Source: Coleofasciculus sp. B1-GNL1-01 (GTDB lineage Bacteria; Cyanobacteriota; Cyanobacteriia; Cyanobacteriales; Coleofasciculaceae). From it: a stretch of DNA of 64,000 bases. The DNA lies in NCBI GenBank assembly GCA_040220235.1, contig JAVJTO010000051.1. The stretch is one strand, 5' to 3'. Positions 39,871 to 50,326 of this stretch are shown piece by piece. Position 1 is the stretch's first letter; the number at the start of each line of letters is the position of its first letter. The position numbers were made by a program, and so were the translations under genes. The notes beneath the pieces were generated by a model, which saw nothing but the letters and a program-made list of their open reading frames with translations, was not told the origin of the DNA and ran no database searches.

Positions 39871-42800
39871 TTGAACGATTTTACTCTAGCCAATCAGGAG
39901 TCTTTAGATGAATTAGCCTGGGCAATGGAAGCCTGTCAGGGACAGTTTTGCCTGATGTTGGCGCGTTGTAACTATGGGTATTTGCAACAACGCCTGATCC
40001 AGCAACTGCAAGACGAATGCACCTTCGACATCCGACTTATTCACCTGAAGCCAGACGACAAAACCCTATTTAGCACCGTGCGATCGCAACTCGGACAGGA
40101 GATGCCTTCTGCCCTTATGGTATCTGGCTTTGCCACTTTAGACAATCTGGACGATATGTTCGCGGCGATGAATCAGGTGCGGGAGGAGTTTCGCAAGAAT
40201 TTCCCCTTTCCTTTTATCCTATGGATGAATGATCTGGTTTATATTCGACTAATGAGAATTGCACCAGATTTCGAGAGTTGGGCAACAACAACCGCGTTTG
40301 CGATACCAACGGATGAGTTAATTAATAGTCTCCAGCAGGCTGTAAAGTCCCTATTTTCTAAAGCTTTAGCCGTCAATTCCCCTCAATCTTTATCTCAGTT
40401 AACCAAAAATTTAGACCTCGGTTACTTAACTCGTTCAGAATTCGAGTTAGCCTTAAAAGAATTATCCCAGCGCGAGATCGAGTTAACCCCCCAGTTTGCA
40501 GCCGATTTAGCATTTCTACGAGGAATAAATGCGGGGGATAGTCCAGAAGCCTTAGATTATCTTCAAAAAAGCCTAGAATTTTGGCAACAACAAACCGATG
40601 GCGGGGCGGGTTTTACCTTAAAAGTAGGGTTAGTATTATTTCAAATTGGACTCTACCACTATCACACCGTTAACCGCAAAAAACACCGCCAAGCAAATTG
40701 GCAAACCGCCAAGATCCCTTTACAGCAATGTCTAGAACTATTTGAACGAGAAAATCGTCCCGATTTAGTGGCAAAATGCATTACCCAACTCGAACGAGTT
40801 TTGCAACGGATGCAATCTTGGGATGAATTAGAACAAGTGGTACAAAAGGCGTTATCGTTGCATCAACGGTATAGCAGTATCAGTAGATTAGCCCAAGATT
40901 ATAGCTTTTTAGCCGAAGTCACCTTACAACAACAACGCTGGGAAGATAGTCGTCAAGCCGCACAACAAGCTGAGGATATTTTAGCCCAACTCCCCGAACA
41001 GAAGCGATGGTTTCAGGGATTAAACTTGCTATTTCTAGCCCAAGCGGAACGCCAGTTAGGGAATAAACAGGACGCGATCGCGCATTTGGTGCAAGCCAGA
41101 GATTTAGGTGATAAAGGACATCCTTTAGTTTATATCCGAATTTTAGCCGAATTACGCGATCTTTACTTTGAAGAAAAGCACTATTTAGAAGCTTTTGCTA
41201 TAAAGCAACTACGGCGTTCTATTGAACAACAATATAGTATTTGCGCCTTTATTGGTGCGGGAAGACTACAACCACACCGACAAGAAGCGTCAGCCAAAAC
41301 CGATAATCAAGAAACAGTTGCACCGGAAATTATCGCATCAGGGCGACAGCGGGATTTAGAGCGATTATTGGAACGAATTGGACGGAATGACTGTAAGCTA
41401 ATCGTGATTCATGGACTATCTGGTGTGGGCAAAAGTTCCCTCGTGAATGCGGGATTAATACCAGCGTTGAAGCACAGAGTTATTGGTATTCAAAATAATT
41501 TACCTCTTTTAATCCGAGTTTATACCAATTGGCTAGAGGACTTGAGCAAGCAATTAGCAACAAATTTCGTAACGGATGAGTTAGAGGAAGGAAAAACGGC
41601 AAATAATCCTGTAGAGGCGGGTTTAGACGATAACCTTTCTAGAAAACCACTAACCTCTCAACAAAACCCGCCCTCACCTTTTCAGGATGTAGACAATAAC
41701 ATCTCCAGAAAAACACCAACCTCCTTCCAAAACCCGTCCTACGCCAAAATACTGGAACAATTACGGCAAAATGAACAGCACAATATCAGGACGGTGCTAA
41801 TTTTTGACCAGTTTGAAGAATTCTTCTTTGTTTATCCCAATTTAGCGCAACGGCGACCTTTTTGGGACTTTTTAGGAGACTGTCTAAATATTTTATCAGT
41901 TAAAGTAATTCTATCGCTGCGGGAGGATTACCTGCATTATCTTTTGGAGTGCAATCGCCTCGATAGCATGAACGTCATTGGTCATGACATTTTAGGTAAA
42001 AATGTGCTATATGGATTAGGGAATTTTTCACCCGCAGATGCTCGATCAATTATAGAAGATTTAACCACGCGATCGCGCTTTTACCTAGAACCTGCCTTAA
42101 TTGATCAACTGGTCAAGGATTTAGCGGGTCAAACGGGGGAAATATTACCCATTGAGTTACAGATTGTTGGGGCGCAACTGCAAGCGGAAAACATTAAAAC
42201 TTTGGCTGACTATCGAGAGGTAGGAACGAAAGGGGAATTAGTCAAGCACTATGTCGAAGCTGTGATTGAGGATTGTGGTATTGAGAATCGACAAGCAGCG
42301 GAATTAGTGCTGTATTTACTGACGGATGAAAAGGGAACTCGCCCGCTAAAGACTCGCGCTGAATTAGAACGGGATTTAAAGGAGTTAGTTGATGAGTTAA
42401 CGGCAGACGCGAGTAAATTAGATTTGGTACTCAGGATTTTTGTTGAATCGGGATTAGTGTTTCTATTACCAGAGATTCCGGCGGATCGCTATCAATTAGT
42501 TCATGATTATCTAGCCGCGTTTATTCGTCAGCAGCAACAACTCGGATTATTAGTGGAATTGGCAGAAGCAAGGGAAAAGCAGAAGTTAACCGAAGCTCAA
42601 TTAAGGCAAGCACTAAAAGAGAAAGAAGCGGCATTACATAAAGAACAACAGGAACGTCAACGGGCAAAACTGGCAGAATATGAAGCATTAAATTCCTTAT
42701 CTCAGCTACTCTGGTCATCTCATGATCAGCTAGGAACTTTATTGGCTCTTGTCAAAGCGGGTAAAAAATTACAAGAGATAGCCGATTTGGTGTCATCAGA

Positions 42801-44739
42801 GGAACAAGCTTTGACATTGAGTCGTTTATATCAAATCATCCAACAAATACATGAGTACAATCGCTTGGAGGGGCATAATGGTTTAGTTTATAGTGTTAAC
42901 TTCAGTCCCGATGGTCAAATGATTGTCTCCGCTAGCCTTGATGGTACAGTAAAACTGTGGAAAGCGGATGGTACTCTAGTACAGACATTTATCGCTCATC
43001 CCAGCGGCGTTAAAAGTGCCACCTTTAGTCCAAATGGTCAAATGATTGCTTCGGCTGGTAGCAATGATCCAAATATCAAGCTATGGAACACTGATGGCAC
43101 TCTAAAACAAAAATTTCCGGGACATCATAAGGGGGTTCAAACCATTAGCTTCAGTCCGGATGGACAAAGGATTGTCTCTGGAGGTGGAGACGGTACATTA
43201 AAACTTTGGAAAATAGATGGCACTCTAGATCAAACATTTCAGGGACATAGTAATGTCGTGACAAGTGTTAGTTTCAGTCCGGATGGACGGATAATTGCTT
43301 CCGCCAGCCTTGATAAAACTGTGAAACTTTGGAATATTGATGGTTCATTAGTAGGAACCTGCCCCAATAACTCAGAACCTAGCACTACGTTAGATTCAAC
43401 TAATTCAACTGACAATAGCTATCGCCGTTTGGTTTTCAGTGTTAGCTTCAGTCCGGATGGTCAAATGATTGCCTCTGCCGAAAATAGTGGTACAGTAAAA
43501 ATTTGGAGTCTCGATGGTTCATTAATAAAAAAATGCCGGGGACATAAGAATTCCGTCCGTAGTACCAGCTTTAGTCCACATGGGCAAATGATTGCATCAG
43601 CTAGTGAGGATGGGACTGTGAAACTCTGGAATCTAAATGCTATGGAATTGCAAACTTTTCAGGGAGATAGCAATGAACTCTATAGTGTCAGTTTCAGTCC
43701 GGATGAGCAGATGATTGCCTCCGCCGATAACCATGCAGTTAAAATGTTGCGTATTAGTCGGAATACATTAGTAAAAACATTTCAGGAACATACTGGAAGA
43801 GTAACCAGTGTCAGTTTTAGTCCAGATGGACAAATAATTGCTTCGGCTAGCGAAGACGGTACAGTAAAACTAATTAATCTGAGTGGTGCATTAGTGCAAA
43901 CCTACCCAGCGCATAGTAGCGGAGTCACTAATGTCAGTTTCAGCCCGGATGGGCAAATAATTGCTTCGGCTAGCGAAGATTATACAATAAAACTTTGGAG
44001 AATTGATGGTACTCTATTGCAAATCCTAAAGGGACATAGCGGTGGAGTTAATAGTAATAGCTTTAGTCCGGATGGACAAATGATTACCTCGGCTAGCCGT
44101 GACTACACAGTAAAACTTTGGACAACCAATGGTACTCTATTGCACACAATGAAGGGACATAGAAGCGGAGTTAATAGTGTTAGCTTCAGCCCGGATGGAC
44201 AAATGATTGCTTCGGCTAGCTGTGACAATACAGTCAAACTGTGGCGTATTGATGGTTCTTTAGAACGAACATTTTATGGTCATAACAGTTCAGTCTTTTG
44301 TGTCAGCTTCAGTCCAGATGGGCAGATGATTGCTTCGGCTAGCTATGACTGCACGGTAAAGTTATGGCGTATTGATGGTTCATTAGAACGAACATTCACC
44401 AGACAAAATGAGTCGGTTTACAGTGTCAGCTTTAGTCCAGATGGACAAATGATTATCTCCGCTAGCTTTGACGGTACAGTGAAACTGTGGAGAATAGATG
44501 GCACTCTCGTACAAACATTCCAAGGACATAGTGGAGGAGTCGCAAGTGCTAGCTTTAGTCCGGATGGACAGAGGATTGCTTCTGCTAGTCATGACCATAC
44601 GGTAAAACTATGGAAGTTGGAGTCGTTAGATAATTTAATAGTACGTGGTTGTAATTGGCTGCGAGACTATTTGAAGACTAATCCAAATGTGAGTGAGAGC
44701 GATCGCAAACTCTGTGAGGGTATTGAGAAAAGTCGTTAA
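39871..44739 (+). CDS. TPR + STAND-type NTPase + WD40 repeat protein
   Basis: HGLSGVGKSS, IFDQFEEFF, LSLREDYL, LVHDYL; about 14 SFSPDGQ WD40 repeats. Confidence 0.92.
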   Translation: MNDFTLANQESLDELAWAMEACQGQFCLMLARCNYGYLQQRLIQQLQDECTFDIRLIHLKPDDKTLFSTVRSQLGQEMPSALMVSGFATLDNLDDMFAAMNQVREEFRKNFPFPFILWMNDLVYIRLMRIAPDFESWATTTAFAIPTDELINSLQQAVKSLFSKALAVNSPQSLSQLTKNLDLGYLTRSEFELALKELSQREIELTPQFAADLAFLRGINAGDSPEALDYLQKSLEFWQQQTDGGAGFTLKVGLVLFQIGLYHYHTVNRKKHRQANWQTAKIPLQQCLELFERENRPDLVAKCITQLERVLQRMQSWDELEQVVQKALSLHQRYSSISRLAQDYSFLAEVTLQQQRWEDSRQAAQQAEDILAQLPEQKRWFQGLNLLFLAQAERQLGNKQDAIAHLVQARDLGDKGHPLVYIRILAELRDLYFEEKHYLEAFAIKQLRRSIEQQYSICAFIGAGRLQPHRQEASAKTDNQETVAPEIIASGRQRDLERLLERIGRNDCKLIVIHGLSGVGKSSLVNAGLIPALKHRVIGIQNNLPLLIRVYTNWLEDLSKQLATNFVTDELEEGKTANNPVEAGLDDNLSRKPLTSQQNPPSPFQDVDNNISRKTPTSFQNPSYAKILEQLRQNEQHNIRTVLIFDQFEEFFFVYPNLAQRRPFWDFLGDCLNILSVKVILSLREDYLHYLLECNRLDSMNVIGHDILGKNVLYGLGNFSPADARSIIEDLTTRSRFYLEPALIDQLVKDLAGQTGEILPIELQIVGAQLQAENIKTLADYREVGTKGELVKHYVEAVIEDCGIENRQAAELVLYLLTDEKGTRPLKTRAELERDLKELVDELTADASKLDLVLRIFVESGLVFLLPEIPADRYQLVHDYLAAFIRQQQQLGLLVELAEAREKQKLTEAQLRQALKEKEAALHKEQQERQRAKLAEYEALNSLSQLLWSSHDQLGTLLALVKAGKKLQEIADLVSSEEQALTLSRLYQIIQQIHEYNRLEGHNGLVYSVNFSPDGQMIVSASLDGTVKLWKADGTLVQTFIAHPSGVKSATFSPNGQMIASAGSNDPNIKLWNTDGTLKQKFPGHHKGVQTISFSPDGQRIVSGGGDGTLKLWKIDGTLDQTFQGHSNVVTSVSFSPDGRIIASASLDKTVKLWNIDGSLVGTCPNNSEPSTTLDSTNSTDNSYRRLVFSVSFSPDGQMIASAENSGTVKIWSLDGSLIKKCRGHKNSVRSTSFSPHGQMIASASEDGTVKLWNLNAMELQTFQGDSNELYSVSFSPDEQMIASADNHAVKMLRISRNTLVKTFQEHTGRVTSVSFSPDGQIIASASEDGTVKLINLSGALVQTYPAHSSGVTNVSFSPDGQIIASASEDYTIKLWRIDGTLLQILKGHSGGVNSNSFSPDGQMITSASRDYTVKLWTTNGTLLHTMKGHRSGVNSVSFSPDGQMIASASCDNTVKLWRIDGSLERTFYGHNSSVFCVSFSPDGQMIASASYDCTVKLWRIDGSLERTFTRQNESVYSVSFSPDGQMIISASFDGTVKLWRIDGTLVQTFQGHSGGVASASFSPDGQRIASASHDHTVKLWKLESLDNLIVRGCNWLRDYLKTNPNVSESDRKLCEGIEKSR

Positions 44740-44877
44740 GTTACCCTCTTTTTGCCACGGCGATTGAAATCGCTGCTACACAAACATAGGCAAAGCCTTC
44801 CCGAAGGGTAGGCCGCCTACGCGGACTGGGTTATAACGGGGGTAGGGACACCCGGATTTAGTATGAAACTAAAGTCT

Positions 44878-45226
44878 AAGACGACTGGATAAGAATTTTA
44901 GTCCATTTTAATGGACTTGGGCTATTAGCCCGGAGTTTGAACTCCGGGCTGGTTTTCGGGTCTACTTTATACCCTTAAATCGTTCTTTAGCCGACTGAAA
45001 CGCTTCTTGCATCACCGATTGAATTTTCTGGGGATCGGGTTTTTTCCCACCCATTAAATCCCCAAAATAAACACAAGCCCCCTCACCCAACGCCCACGTA
45101 TACGCCGCCGCCCAAGACGCCGCGATCGCACTCCCTAAACCGGGCAAAAATTTGATTAATTCTCGTCCCACAGCTTGGGCGACAAATCCTCCCGCGATCG
45201 CACTCACGACTCCCCTAACTTGAGAA
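44878..45226. repeat. Direct duplicate of 45778-46126 (3' end of the GTPase gene plus downstream palindrome)
   Basis: About 349 bp, offset exactly 900 bp, few substitutions. Confidence 0.95.
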
Positions 45227-45267
45227 AATGTGCAACAGCTTCCTTCTGTTTCGCTGTTAACTTTGGC

Positions 45268-45678
45268 TCAGACATAGGCAGGGGCTTTAATGCCTAATTC
45301 CTGCATGAGTGTCTCCAATGAGGTGTTTCGCAAACTTGCCAGTTCAATTAAATACTGAATTCGACAAGCATTGGCTTGTTCAATTTGGTCGGAGATCTCA
45401 ATTAATGTTACCTGTTCCTCAGGTGTTAAGATTTCAGCACGGCGTTTAGCCAGCAGGGCATGATACTGTTCCCATCTTTGTGGTGGTAAACCCAGATTAA
45501 TGTTTTGCAATAAGTCAGCTTCAGCCTTTGACAGGCGGGAAATAGGATGCGGAATTGGGCGCAAGCGCTCTTTCAATGCATTCACAATGTAATGATTGGG
45601 ATCAAGACCTTGTTGGGCAGCCTCATCCCGTAACTGTTGTTCGAGTTCTGGCGTAAGCTCAAGTGTGATGGTTGCCAT
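45268..45678 (-). CDS. Putative antitoxin-like protein (usually upstream of an HNH nuclease)
   Basis: MATITLELTPELEQQLR, EADLLQNINLGL, LIELASLR; stop overlaps ATG of truncated MSEPKLTAKQKEAVA. Confidence 0.75.
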   Translation of the reverse strand: MATITLELTPELEQQLRDEAAQQGLDPNHYIVNALKERLRPIPHPISRLSKAEADLLQNINLGLPPQRWEQYHALLAKRRAEILTPEEQVTLIEISDQIEQANACRIQYLIELASLRNTSLETLMQELGIKAPAYV

Positions 45679-45861
45679 CTGAATACCCTTGATTAATATG
45701 TTTCCTTATTTTTATTTGACAATAGTCTCACCAACCGCCTTGGGTTGAAACCCACGGCTGAAAGCTAAAGTCGTCTAAAGACGACTGGATAAGAATTTTA
45801 GTCCATTTTAATGGACTTGGGCTATTAGCCCGGAGTTTGAACTCCGGGCTGGTTTTCGGGT

Positions 45862-47193
45862 CTACTTTATACCCTTAAATCGTTCTTTAGCCGACTGAAA
45901 TGCTTCTTGCATCACCGATTGAATCTTCTGGGGATCGGGTTTTTTCCCGCCCATTAAATCCCCAAAATAAACACAAGCCCCCTCACCCAACGCCCAGGTA
46001 TACGCCGCCGCCCAAGACGCCGCGATCGCACTCCCTAAACCGGGCAAAAATTTGATTAATTCTCGTCCCACAGCTTGGGCGACAAATCCTCCCGCGATCG
46101 CACTCACGACTCCCCCAGCTTGAGAAGGCGTCAGCGTCTGTCCATACAATTTTCCCAACAACCCAACCAGCGAGACTTGTAGCGCCGTTAAAACGGGCAT
46201 TGTGGCAAAAGGTAACGGTACAGCCGCCAGGGTTGCTGCCATAATCGAAAAGGCTAAAATATAACGTCGCCCGACATCCCGATAAAGATTCCCCAGTTGC
46301 TGACCCGCGTCTTTTTCTTCCAATAATTGCGAAATCGCCCTGGATTCGGCTTCCGGTAACAACTCGGCTAAGGCGTCGCTGAGTGCCTCTAAGCCATAAA
46401 ATACAGGATTATATTCATCTTCTTCTAGGGTAAAATCAATCATAACCGCCCGATTATAAAGTCCCTTAAAAGCCTGCTGAATCCCAGCAAAGGCGCGATT
46501 CAACTCTTCATAGTCTGGCGGATAAGCAGGATGATCAACGACATCAGCCGGATAAAGTTCATGTAAACAAGTTACAGCCAGCAAACAGGGAATCTCTGGA
46601 TATTTCTCTTGTAACTGTTCAGCCACCTGTCGCAGCGTATCCGTGGCAAAGTCATTAATTTTCACCGTCAAAATCAGGATTCTGGCACGATGAGTATCCT
46701 GTTCCAATTCACCTGCCAATTCCTGAATAATTATCGGCGTTTCTTGGTTAACATCACCCAAACCCACAGTATCGGTAAAAATCAGCAAGGGTAGGTCATT
46801 TGAGGGATAAGCATAACGCTCAGTATATTGCGTATGGGGACGAAATCCCTGACCCACAATCTCTGCTGAAACCCCTGTCAATCCCCGCACAATAGAACTT
46901 TTCCCTGATTGAGGCTTGCCAATCAGCAGCGCTTGGGTTGTGGGGAGTTCTTTCCGTACCGACGCCAAAATCTCAGCGACTTGCGCCTCATTAACACTAA
47001 ACCAGTCAATCACTGTTTGTGTCACTTGTTCGGTGGGAAGGAGTTTCTGCAAGCGATCGCTAGCTGTAGTCCAGAGTCCAGCCATGCGGTTCGTCCAGGA
47101 GTTATCAACCGACTCCGGATTTGTCTCTTCCGTTGGTTTTTGCACCTGCTGAGAATCAGCCGATGGTACGTCAGCCTTATGTTCGTCAGTCAT
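45862..47193 (-). CDS. GTPase / DUF697 (YcjF-like) protein
   Basis: GKPQSGKSS, DTVGLG, AAVPLPFA C-terminal membrane region. Confidence 0.88.
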   Translation of the reverse strand: MTDEHKADVPSADSQQVQKPTEETNPESVDNSWTNRMAGLWTTASDRLQKLLPTEQVTQTVIDWFSVNEAQVAEILASVRKELPTTQALLIGKPQSGKSSIVRGLTGVSAEIVGQGFRPHTQYTERYAYPSNDLPLLIFTDTVGLGDVNQETPIIIQELAGELEQDTHRARILILTVKINDFATDTLRQVAEQLQEKYPEIPCLLAVTCLHELYPADVVDHPAYPPDYEELNRAFAGIQQAFKGLYNRAVMIDFTLEEDEYNPVFYGLEALSDALAELLPEAESRAISQLLEEKDAGQQLGNLYRDVGRRYILAFSIMAATLAAVPLPFATMPVLTALQVSLVGLLGKLYGQTLTPSQAGGVVSAIAGGFVAQAVGRELIKFLPGLGSAIAASWAAAYTWALGEGACVYFGDLMGGKKPDPQKIQSVMQEAFQSAKERFKGIK

Positions 47194-47211
47194 CCTAATC
47201 GATGAATCCCT

Positions 47212-47769
47212 TCAATCCTGCCTATCTTTAAGATTACAAGTAGAGACGCGCCATGGCGCGTCTCTACCGATTGATTGGTTGAACATTTGCCAGATATCCG
47301 ATTCTGTATCCACTAGATTGACCGAATTCACCGCTAAAAATCCCTCGTTGGTTTGAGGCGGATGATCTCGCAATGCGCGATAAAACTCCTCAATCACCGG
47401 ATCAGGAACTTGACGTTGGCGCTGTCGGTTCCAAGTTTTGCAGGTTTCTAGGGGAGTGGTAAGATACCAAGCTAGCCAGCGCACGGTTTCACCCGATATC
47501 TTAGGCAAAAGCGATCGCCGCCATTCGGGTTTGGCATTGGTTGCATCGTAAATCACTAGGTTTCCATCGGCAATAGATCGATGAATTTGCCGTAATACTT
47601 GCGCCTCAATTAATGACCAATCCCCTTGGATGTTCTCATCCCCAAATAGCTGCGCCCGGATCGCGTCTGTGGACACAATCACGGCTTTGGGTTCAAGTTG
47701 AGTCAGTTTGGCAGCTAGGGTAGACTTGCCAGAACTGGGAGAACCTATGAGAAAATGACAAATCATCAA
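47212..47769 (-). CDS. AAA_33 family P-loop kinase
   Basis: GSPSSGKST, STDAIR, YDATN, RQVPDPVI. Confidence 0.85.
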   Translation of the reverse strand: MMICHFLIGSPSSGKSTLAAKLTQLEPKAVIVSTDAIRAQLFGDENIQGDWSLIEAQVLRQIHRSIADGNLVIYDATNAKPEWRRSLLPKISGETVRWLAWYLTTPLETCKTWNRQRQRQVPDPVIEEFYRALRDHPPQTNEGFLAVNSVNLVDTESDIWQMFNQSIGRDAPWRVSTCNLKDRQD

Positions 47770-47965
47770 TGAATTGTTGTCAAAAGCTATTTACCCGACA
47801 ATCAAGCTATTACGGATCATAATTATAAGTACCTGGACATAAATTATGTCCGCTGTACCAAGAAATGTTCACAAGCCTCAAATCCTTACTGTTCACTGTT
47901 CACTGTTCACTGTTCCCTGTTCCTTCCTAAGCTCAACTGTCAACTTTAATTTTGTCCAACTACTT

Positions 47966-48487
47966 ATGACTTCTGTCAATACAAATTTATACCTAATTTT
48001 AGAAAACCTAGGTTTCTTTATTGTTGCCACTGGATTTACCGCAATTGTCGGCTGGGCGTGGCGGAAGGCAAAACCGTTCACTATTCCTGAACCCTTGCCC
48101 GCATGGTTTAAAATTTGGTTTGGCACAATTCAGGTTATCGGCGTCTTAGTTCCCCTAGTTGTTATGCTCCTGTGGGGTGTGTGGTGGAATTATTCTACCG
48201 TGTTAACTGTTCTTGCCTCCTATTTTTTGATGCTAGGATTACAAATTATATCGGAGATAATCACATTAAAACAGTTTCAATCGGTTGTTTGGGTGATGGT
48301 TCCTTACTTATACCTGCCTTATCGCCTCTGGCAATTATATGAAGGACTGACTATCCTGAATTCTGATAGCGAATTGATGTGGGTAAGGACTCTGTTAATT
48401 GTCGAAATTGTTCTTTGGGCGGGTAACTATCTCCTAGATTTAGCCCAGCTTCCCCGGTTGTTTCGATGGGAGGTGAAGGAAGGTTAA
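47966..48487 (+). CDS. Hypothetical membrane protein
   Basis: Multiple TM segments; ATG 47966 preferred because the upstream extension crosses 7-bp ctgttca repeats. Confidence 0.75.
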   Translation: MTSVNTNLYLILENLGFFIVATGFTAIVGWAWRKAKPFTIPEPLPAWFKIWFGTIQVIGVLVPLVVMLLWGVWWNYSTVLTVLASYFLMLGLQIISEIITLKQFQSVVWVMVPYLYLPYRLWQLYEGLTILNSDSELMWVRTLLIVEIVLWAGNYLLDLAQLPRLFRWEVKEG

Positions 48488-48538
48488 CTCTGTTAATCAG
48501 ATCCCCGACTTCTTGAAGAAGTCAGAGATCTTAGGTTG

Positions 48539-48651
48539 AATGGCACTGACTTTAGTCGTTTGTAGTCAGCGCTTTAGCGCTTCTGGCACTAAAGTGCCTA
48601 CTACAAACCCAGTTGGACTTTGGACAAAACCCAGGTTAAGTCAGTGCTATT
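48539..48651. mobile_element. Small MITE-like element
   Basis: TIRs aatggcactgactt / aagtcagtgctatt flanked by gatcttaggtt direct repeats. Confidence 0.55.
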
Positions 48652-48661
48652 GATCTTAGGT

Positions 48662-49795
48662 TTAGTGATCGTGGTGGTGATGATGATGATGATGATGACT
48701 GGAAGCCAATTCCGGATTAACCGCCATCGCCGTTTCGCTTAATAGTGCCTCAATCTGAGGATTTGCCCAATCTGCTGCCATGGCTAGAAAGTCAGGATGA
48801 TCATTAACACAGGGCATCTGCACATACGCCACATCAGAGTTACGATGCTCTAACCCATGGATGATGTGATGTACATCCAGCAAGGTTTCATGATTTTCTG
48901 TGGCAAAGCCAATCGGCATAAATACGATCGCTTTTGCCCCTAAATCAATCAGATTCTTCGCCGCTAACTCAGTATTGGGCTGTGTCCACTTAATCAAAGG
49001 GGTTTGGTGATTCAGCCAACCCACTGAAATTAACGGATACTTATGAATTAGCTTTTCCCGTACCCGTTCATACAAAGCCTCACTTTCCATGATGCCGGAG
49101 GTAAATCCCTTTGCTTCGTGGGGACAACCATGGTTCATCAGAACAATGCCAATTTGAGAGGGTAAGTAAGCAGAGGCTAAATCAGCCGCAATTTTTTCCT
49201 CTACCATCTGCGCCATCAAGTCAATATAGGCGGATTCGTTGTAAAAGGAAGGGATATACCGTTGTCCTTTGAGCCAATGTTCGTCACCCTCCGTCAACTT
49301 GACTAAGGCATTATTCACCTGTTCGACGGCAATACCACTGGTGAAGATAGAATCAACGACGAGGAGGGGATAAATTAGCAGTTTATCAAAGCCTTGGGCT
49401 TTAATCTGCTCCAACACCTGTTCCGGTAAAAACGGAGCGCAGAAGTTAAACGCCTTAAAGACTTGGACGCGATCGCCCCATTTTTCTTGCAGGTGTTGTT
49501 CAATTCCGGCGCGTTGCTGCTCAAAAATTTGGTTGTGGGGGGAGATGAAATTGTTGTGCTGATGTCCCCACTCATGGAAATCAAAAACGGCTAACAGTTT
49601 GGCTAAGGGGGGATACACCCAAGTAGGTACAGGTGCGAACTTAGCGGTTAATAAGTTTAAGGCTTGCTCATTATAGTTGGCAAAGTCTTCGTAACTTTCG
49701 ACTTCCCCATAACCCATGAGTAAAACGGCAACGCGATCGCCGCCTTCTGGGTTAGATGTGGGTATTGATTGGACTTTTTCAGGAGTGGCAACCAC
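48662..49795 (-). CDS. Ferrochelatase-like chelatase with C-terminal His tract
   Basis: VAVLLMGYGE, LMNHGCP, PIGFATENHETLLD; ends SSHHHHHHHHDH. Confidence 0.8.
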   Translation of the reverse strand: MVATPEKVQSIPTSNPEGGDRVAVLLMGYGEVESYEDFANYNEQALNLLTAKFAPVPTWVYPPLAKLLAVFDFHEWGHQHNNFISPHNQIFEQQRAGIEQHLQEKWGDRVQVFKAFNFCAPFLPEQVLEQIKAQGFDKLLIYPLLVVDSIFTSGIAVEQVNNALVKLTEGDEHWLKGQRYIPSFYNESAYIDLMAQMVEEKIAADLASAYLPSQIGIVLMNHGCPHEAKGFTSGIMESEALYERVREKLIHKYPLISVGWLNHQTPLIKWTQPNTELAAKNLIDLGAKAIVFMPIGFATENHETLLDVHHIIHGLEHRNSDVAYVQMPCVNDHPDFLAMAADWANPQIEALLSETAMAVNPELASSHHHHHHHHHDH

Positions 49796-49964
49796 AAGAC
49801 TATCCTATCAATTGATGGAACATTCACTGGGTCTCTTCCGAGGTTAGGAATTGAGACTCGCCAGTTACCCTTAGGGTAGCATCCCCTGCGGGGGGATGAT
49901 TCACCTGTCTCGCTACAATTAGTTTATTTGAAGCAATACGCCAATCAGGGGTGGCAAAAAACTG

Positions 49965-50126
49965 ATGCATGAGCCAGAGTCGAAAAATTGGCATCAAAAG
50001 ACTTGGGTGAGAGTCCTGTTACTAATCTTTGCTGTGCTGATCGCGGGGGGACTTTACCTGCTTTCTATCCGCATCGCCACTCAAAGACCTCGGAGTGTTC
50101 CGGTTACGCCCGACACCTCAGATTGA
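49965..50126 (+). CDS. Small single-TM protein (53 aa), not in the ORF track
   Basis: MHEPESKNWHQKTWVRVLLLIFAVLIAGGLYLLSIRIATQRPRSVPVTPDTSD. Confidence 0.55.
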   Translation: MHEPESKNWHQKTWVRVLLLIFAVLIAGGLYLLSIRIATQRPRSVPVTPDTSD

Positions 50127-50163
50127 GACGGCTTGACTAATTTTACTCTCTTTTAAATTTAAA

Positions 50164-50250
50164 CGGAGAGGGAGGGATTCGAACCCTCGTTAGAGTTTCC
50201 CCTAAACAGCATTTCCAGTGCTGCGCCTTAAACCACTCGGCCACCTCTCC
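50164..50250 (-). tRNA. tRNA-Ser(GGA)
   Basis: GGAGAGG acceptor, anticodon arm CAGCA-CTGGAAA-TGCTG, long variable arm, GGTTCGAATCC. Confidence 0.96.
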
Positions 50251-50326
50251 TGGGGGTTTATTATGATCTGTGCGGGAGTCAATAGTATTCAACTTAGCAC
50301 ACAGTCTGTAATTATACACGAAACGG

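Noticed and set aside
44962..45207. 81-aa ORF as an independent gene
   Set aside because: It is the duplicated 3' end of the 45862-47193 gene and is out of frame with the upstream ATG
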